A DNA stretch of 63,221 bases, filler included. It is 5 parts of 5 records of this genome, joined end to end, with 100 filler letters (N's around TTAATTAATTAA, not from the genome) between each part and the next. Parts side by side here need not be neighbours in the genome. Positions count along the whole stretch, not along the records: positions 57,451 to 63,221 come from DRR723986_7965; 4 more parts are not named here. One strand, written 5' to 3'. A model generated the notes under the pieces. The model was not told where the DNA came from, did no database searches, and saw only the letters and a program-made list of their open reading frames with translations. Of this stretch, positions 58,435 through 63,221 are shown one piece after another (position 1 is the first letter of the stretch; the number at the start of each line of letters is the position of its first letter). The position numbers and the translations under genes are program-made.

Positions 58435-60006
58435 ATGAATACTCAGGGGTTGCAGGCGGGCAAAGGCCTTGCCACAGGCAGATTTGCGTCAGGAGCAGTG
58501 GCGCTGGCCATCGCGTTGGCCAGCGCCCCGCTCGGCCAGGCTTTCGCTCAAGAACAGACCTCTGCGGAAGAGGCCTTTGCCAGCTCCCGTCACTGGGCCA
58601 GCCAGATCCGAAGTTACGCCAGCAAATCCCTGAACAGCGATGAAGCTCTGAGTGTTGCCGTTATTCCTCTCAACGGCCCCGGCATTGAGCAGTATGTAAA
58701 CGCTGACACACTGATGAGCCCGGGCTCCATCATGAAGCTGGTAACCACCTATGCTGCCCTGGAACTCCTGGGCCCTACCCACCACTGGAAGACCGATTTC
58801 CTCACAGACGGCATGATGGTGGGCGACAGCCTTGAAGGAAACCTCTACGTACGCTTCGGCGGCGATCCCAAACTGACTCTGGAACGACTCTGGAGCACCC
58901 TGCGTGAACTCAAGAGCATGGGCATTAACCGTATTGAAGGCGACCTAGTGCTTGACGGTAGCTATTTCCGCGTCGACGGCGGTTTCCCGACGTTCGAGGA
59001 TAACGGCGATAACCCCCACGCGCCCTTTCTGGTGGAACCCTCCGGCTATCTGACCAACCTGAATCTGCTGCATTTTCAGGTGCGCGCCGATGAGCGTGGA
59101 ACACAGGCCTGGACAACCCCGGATCTGGGCGAAGTCTCCATTGATAACCGGGTAACCGCATTACCGGAAGGTCCCTGCCCTGCCCGCAGCCGGTTTGATT
59201 GGGAACCGGTATTTCATGAAAACCATCAAGTAACGGTTCGGGTAACCGGACAGTTACCGCAAGGCTGCCGCAGCACCACCTATCTGTCTCTGCTACCGCA
59301 CGAACGGTACTCTGCTTCCGTGATTCGTTCTGTGCTATCGGAAATGGGCATTATTGTCAGTGGTGGCGACCGCTTTGAGGGCACACCGGAAGACGCACGG
59401 CTGATCATGCGCACCACCTCACCTGATCTGGTTTCCATGGTGCGAGACATCAACAAATGGAGCAGCAACGTCATGGCCCGCCAGATGCTGCTGACCATTG
59501 GCGCCGAGTTCCGCAAGGAAGATGACAAAGACGACCGGGTAGCCGGTATCCGCACAGTGTACGAATGGCTGGAGAATATGGGCATCAACACCGCAGGCAT
59601 GGTGATTGACAATGGCGCCGGGCTCACCCGCCATGGTCGCATCACGGCCCGGCAAGGCGCCCAGATACTGCAACAGGCCTGGGACAGCCCCTACGCCTCT
59701 GACCTGATGGCCTCCATGCCCATTATCGCCATGGACGGAACCATGGCGCGCCGGCTTCGCAACACCGGTATGGATGGCGAAGGCCGAATCAAAACCGGTT
59801 ATCTGGAGAATGTTCGCTCAATCGCGGGGTTCACCCGGGACGATAACAACACCACCTGGGCCATTGTCGGTATGGTGAACAACGATCCGGCCTGGAACGG
59901 TCAGGCGGTTCTGGATCGGGTTCTCTACTCTCTGCATTTCCGGCCTCCCGTGGGCATGACCTTATCCCAGTCTGCCGACGAAAATCCGGCTTCTTCGATT
60001 CAGTAA
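58435..60006 (+). CDS. dacB: D-alanyl-D-alanine carboxypeptidase/endopeptidase (PBP4, S13)
   Basis: Motifs PGSIMKL (SxxK), GGDPKL, WSSN (SxN) and KTG. Start is uncertain (58393 or 58435). Confidence 0.92.
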   Translation: MNTQGLQAGKGLATGRFASGAVALAIALASAPLGQAFAQEQTSAEEAFASSRHWASQIRSYASKSLNSDEALSVAVIPLNGPGIEQYVNADTLMSPGSIMKLVTTYAALELLGPTHHWKTDFLTDGMMVGDSLEGNLYVRFGGDPKLTLERLWSTLRELKSMGINRIEGDLVLDGSYFRVDGGFPTFEDNGDNPHAPFLVEPSGYLTNLNLLHFQVRADERGTQAWTTPDLGEVSIDNRVTALPEGPCPARSRFDWEPVFHENHQVTVRVTGQLPQGCRSTTYLSLLPHERYSASVIRSVLSEMGIIVSGGDRFEGTPEDARLIMRTTSPDLVSMVRDINKWSSNVMARQMLLTIGAEFRKEDDKDDRVAGIRTVYEWLENMGINTAGMVIDNGAGLTRHGRITARQGAQILQQAWDSPYASDLMASMPIIAMDGTMARRLRNTGMDGEGRIKTGYLENVRSIAGFTRDDNNTTWAIVGMVNNDPAWNGQAVLDRVLYSLHFRPPVGMTLSQSADENPASSIQ

Positions 60007-60014
60007 GTCAATAT

Positions 60015-60041
60015 AAAAAGGCCGGCTGCAGCAGCCGGCCT
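60015..60041 (-). terminator. Terminator of fasciclin gene (possibly bidirectional)
   Basis: AGGCCGGCTGC/GCAGCCGGCCT stem with an A-run on the left (T-tail on the minus strand). Confidence 0.7.
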
Positions 60042-60080
60042 GGCATTCATACTTTGTTCAAAGAAAGCGTGTTTCGTCTG

Positions 60081-61115
60081 TCAGTCGACTGTAAAAATTA
60101 CCTCGTCGATCACATGAATCACGCCGTTAGACGCCTCAACATCAGCTTCGACGACGGTACTGCCCTCGATAACCAGAGCGTTGTCCTGTATATCAACGTT
60201 CAAGTTGTTGCTGGCCAATGTTGTTACAGTTCCGCCGTTAGAAGCGTATGCCGTAAGAGAGCCGACCGTAGTTCCGAGAATATGCTGGCTCAGAATGGCT
60301 GGCAGATTCGGATCATTGAGCAAGTCGCCGGCTGTAATACCGAGATCCGTCAGTAACGCCTCAAAAGCGGCATCTGTTGGCGCGAACACCGTCAAGGTTG
60401 CATCAACGTCCGCAGCTGCAGTGAGCAACGCTGCCGCACCAGGGGTCTGGAGTGCCGCAAGTAGCGTTGTAAACTCCGCGTTTTCAGCCCCTGCCAGCGC
60501 GGTTACGATTTCTGCAATCGTTGAGTCTGTATCACTGAGATCGCTCGGCGGCGGAAGCAGCACTTTGTCAATAAGGTGAATAACACCATTCGTCGCCTCT
60601 ACATCCGGCCCTGTTACTCGAGAGGTGTTGACGTACAGTACGTCTTCACCGCTTTCCTGGGAGATTGAAAGCGCGACGTTTTCACCATTCACGGTTGGAA
60701 CGAGGTTTTGTGGAACCGGGCTTTGCGCAACGCTGATCGCAGCGGCAGCCTTCACTTCTCCCACAGACGTTGCAAGGACATGGTAGGTAAGAACCGTGTT
60801 TAATAACTCCGTGTTGGCTAACAACTGTTCCGCCGTAAGTCCCAGGTCGCCCAGCAGGGCTTCAAAGGCGGCGTCGGTCGGTGCGAGCACCGTTAACTGA
60901 TCATCTCCGCCGAGCAGTTCCGCGATGGATGGATCGGCTTCAAGAACGGCAGCTTCCAGAATGGTCGTGTTTTCATTCTCAACAGCGATTTCCAGAATGC
61001 TTTGGGTTGCAGCATCGGTGCTGCCGTTATCGTCGTTATCATCGTCATCAAGCCAACAACCGGATAGCATGACACTGCCCGCTAAAACCATCGGTAAAGC
61101 GTATTTTGCTTTCAT
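60081..61115 (-). CDS. Lipoprotein with two fasciclin (FAS1) domains
   Basis: Lipobox LSGC, poly-Asp linker, and two copies each of T(V/L)(L/F)APTDAAF and NGVIH(L/V)ID.V. Confidence 0.92.
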   Translation of the reverse strand: MKAKYALPMVLAGSVMLSGCWLDDDDNDDNGSTDAATQSILEIAVENENTTILEAAVLEADPSIAELLGGDDQLTVLAPTDAAFEALLGDLGLTAEQLLANTELLNTVLTYHVLATSVGEVKAAAAISVAQSPVPQNLVPTVNGENVALSISQESGEDVLYVNTSRVTGPDVEATNGVIHLIDKVLLPPPSDLSDTDSTIAEIVTALAGAENAEFTTLLAALQTPGAAALLTAAADVDATLTVFAPTDAAFEALLTDLGITAGDLLNDPNLPAILSQHILGTTVGSLTAYASNGGTVTTLASNNLNVDIQDNALVIEGSTVVEADVEASNGVIHVIDEVIFTVD

Positions 61116-61203
61116 TTTTCGTGCCTCGTCTGGAGGGTTGATTACCAGGTTAAAGTGGTTCGAACCTGCACTGATTCAGTCCCTGACCAGTGTCGAAAGC
61201 AAA

Positions 61204-61230
61204 TTACGGTGAGGCGAGAAAAATGGATTT
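61204..61230 (-). promoter_or_regulatory. Putative ECF sigma promoter for the fasciclin gene
   Basis: The minus strand reads AAATCC-N16-CGTAA, ~90 bp upstream of the start codon. Confidence 0.4.
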
Positions 61231-61290
61231 ACAGTTTTTTACATTTAAGCGAACAATTGTGAGGTGAACAGCAGCAATACACTGGCCTTA

Positions 61291-61551
61291 TCAGTCTGGC
61301 CGGCGTTCTTTGGAAAACAATCGGGCCATGGTCCAGTCCGCCATTTTGCCTGCCATTGGTGCGATAAAGCTGACCAGCGGGAAGGCCACCGTCCAGGCGA
61401 CCACAAATGCTGCGCCCCAGCGATGGAAATAGCCCTCGGTCAGGCCGGTATTGATCAGGGTGATAATCCCAGACATCAATAGCGACATGATGCCGGACAT
61501 GTAAAAGGCAAAAACAAACTGGCGCACACGCGTTTGCTTGTAACTGGACAT
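61291..61551 (-). CDS. DUF2798 small membrane protein
   Basis: MSGIMSLLMSGIIT...W..AF.VAW.VAFP. ATG 61551 with GGAA SD. Confidence 0.8.
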   Translation of the reverse strand: MSSYKQTRVRQFVFAFYMSGIMSLLMSGIITLINTGLTEGYFHRWGAAFVVAWTVAFPLVSFIAPMAGKMADWTMARLFSKERRPD

Positions 61552-61705
61552 GTTTTCCTTCCCGGTTTTAACGTATGGAACACTACCGAATCCAATCAGG
61601 CGACCGCAGCGTAGGAGAAAAGACACTGCCGCCGATGCTGGATCGCAACATCTTAGTGAGCATGCAACATTTTTCCATACGGCTTTTTACCAAGGAGCAC
61701 AGGTA

Positions 61706-62572
61706 ATGGATGACCCAACGCCCGGAACACGCCGCGCCCGCTGGATCGTCGGGCTGATGTTACTGACGTTTTTGGCGGGCTGCAGTCAGACGCGCCTGGC
61801 CTACCGCTACGCCGAATGGGGCGTCGTCTGGTGGGTAGAGGATTACATCAGCCTGACCGGTGAACAAGAAGCTCAGTTGAGTCAGGATCTGGAAGCGCTC
61901 AGACAATGGCATTGCTCAGCAGAGTTGCCCCGTTACCAGCAATGGTTGGCAGTCCTCAAATCAGATCTGGCGGAAGGGACGCCGAGCGAGGCCACGGTTC
62001 TGTTCCACCAGGAACAACTCATGGACTTCTTACCCGGATTGTTGGAACGGGCCACTCCGGTAGCCGTCAATCTGCTGTCTTCTCTATCGGATGAGCAGGT
62101 AGCGCAACTAGCCGACAACATGGCGGAGAAGCAGCAGGAGCTGGAGCAGGAAATGCTGGAGGGAACACCCGCTCAAACGGCACAGGCGCGCTCTGAACGG
62201 ACTATTGAGCGTATTGAACGATGGCTTGGCGACCTGAATCAGCAACAGCGGGCCATCGTCGAAAACTGGTCAGCGAACCGTGGCCGGCAAACGGAAATCT
62301 GGTTAACAGGGCGGAGAAACTGGCAATTGGCATTGCTCGACACGCTGGAGAGACGACGCCAGTCCGGCTTTGCTGAACAGGTGAACGAGTTGCTGGTTCA
62401 CTCAGAGCGCGCCAGAGGAGCGGAATACCAGGCCATGCTGGCCGAAAGCCGGGTGGCGATGGCCGGCTTGATGCACGATCTTCTGCAGGCTGGAGATAGC
62501 CGGCATCAAGATCAGCTGCTGGCCAGGGCCAGTGAGCTGAAAGGAGATTTTGCAGCGCTGACCTGCAGCTAA
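61706..62572 (+). CDS. Lipoprotein, DUF6279-like
   Basis: Lipobox LAGC, then S.TRLAY..A.W...W.V.DY..L and WH...ELP.Y. ATG 61706 with AGGAG SD. Confidence 0.7.
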   Translation: MDDPTPGTRRARWIVGLMLLTFLAGCSQTRLAYRYAEWGVVWWVEDYISLTGEQEAQLSQDLEALRQWHCSAELPRYQQWLAVLKSDLAEGTPSEATVLFHQEQLMDFLPGLLERATPVAVNLLSSLSDEQVAQLADNMAEKQQELEQEMLEGTPAQTAQARSERTIERIERWLGDLNQQQRAIVENWSANRGRQTEIWLTGRRNWQLALLDTLERRRQSGFAEQVNELLVHSERARGAEYQAMLAESRVAMAGLMHDLLQAGDSRHQDQLLARASELKGDFAALTCS

Positions 62573-62588
62573 ACACGGATCGCGATAC

Positions 62589-62630
62589 CAAAAAAGGGCC
62601 GGATGAATCCGTATCATCCGGCCCTTTTTG
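62589..62630. terminator. Bidirectional Rho-independent terminator
   Basis: AAAAAGGGCCGGATGA...TCATCCGGCCCTTTTT between convergent genes. Confidence 0.85.
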
Positions 62631-62644
62631 CGTCTCGATCTGTG

Positions 62645-63221
62645 TCAGACCGTCAGGTAACCACCATCCGCATTAATGCAGGCTCCTGTGGTATAGCTGG
62701 AAGCGTCAGACACCAGGTACAGCACAGTACCCGCCATTTCATCGGGATCCGCCACACGCTTCATCGGGATGTGGGCCATGGCCTGCTTCTTGATGGCCTC
62801 ATTGTTGGTCAGGGCGCTGGCAAATTTGGTATCGGTCAGGCCCGGCAACAAGGCATTTACCCGCACATTCTGCTGGCCCAGTTCCATGGCGAAAGATTTG
62901 GTCATGGAAATCACTGCTGCCTTGGTCACCGAATAGATGCCCTGGAAGTGGCCGGGGTTTACGCCGTTAACCGAGGCCACGTTCACAATGGAACCACCAC
63001 CGTTCTTTTTCATCAGCTGAGCGCCACGGGCGCACATGAAGAAGTAACCACGGATGTTCACATCTACGGTTTTGTGGAAAGCACCCAAGTCGGTGTCTTC
63101 CACCGGACCGAAGTATGGGTTGGCGGCTGCGTTGTTCACCAGGATATCCAGTTTGCCGTGCGCTTTGGCGATGTGCTCCCACACCGCTTCAATCTGGTCC
63201 ATCTCGCCAATGTGGCAGGCG
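62645..63221 (-). CDS. Short-chain dehydrogenase/reductase, 5'-truncated at window edge
   Basis: Motifs LDILVNNA, YSVTK (YxxxK), VRVNALLPG and DGG. The frame stays open to the end of the window (ACHIGEMDQ). Confidence 0.92.
   Translation of the reverse strand, partial: ACHIGEMDQIEAVWEHIAKAHGKLDILVNNAAANPYFGPVEDTDLGAFHKTVDVNIRGYFFMCARGAQLMKKNGGGSIVNVASVNGVNPGHFQGIYSVTKAAVISMTKSFAMELGQQNVRVNALLPGLTDTKFASALTNNEAIKKQAMAHIPMKRVADPDEMAGTVLYLVSDASSYTTGACINADGGYLTV

Overview
This window is not one replicon. It is five contigs joined by 100-bp spacers (44 N + TTAATTAATTAA + 44 N), so adjacency across a spacer has no biological meaning. Taxonomic calls below come from gene content and protein style only. 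Contig A (1-7701, probably FCB-group, uncertain): M16 peptidase pair, Yip1-like protein, DUF445, isocitrate dehydrogenase. Contig B (7802-35688, Rhodobacteraceae/Roseobacter-like): a large MscS gene divergent from a tightly coupled 7-gene operon (4 glycosyltransferases, His-phosphatase, deacetylase-like protein, small methyltransferase), a C-P lyase locus (phnCDEE-acetyltransferase, phnF, phnGHIJKLN, inverted DUF1045, phnM) with Pho-box-like and PhnF-like sites, rpe, and a pim-like beta-oxidation cluster. It also carries two covarying copies of a ~130-bp multi-hairpin intergenic element. Contig C (35789-50666, Planctomycete): vWA/STN-like and DUF11 secreted proteins, TPR protein, FAD/Fe-S oxidoreductase, moaD-moaE-moaA, cysteine desulfurase-like protein, YkgJ, rdgB, tRNA-Ser(GCT). 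Contig D (50767-57350, Rhodobacteraceae): purD, xseA, AlkB-like diiron enzyme, NuoE/F fusion, YhhN, ftsY. Contig E (57451-63221, Marinobacter-like gammaproteobacterium): tandem GST-N protein, dacB, fasciclin lipoprotein, DUF2798, lipoprotein, SDR. No CRISPR array, transposase, integrase, phage or defence gene was recognised. The best leads are the orphan glycosyltransferase/MscS operon, the structured repeat, and the inverted DUF1045 gene bridged by an antisense ORF. All family assignments are by motif recognition, without database searches.
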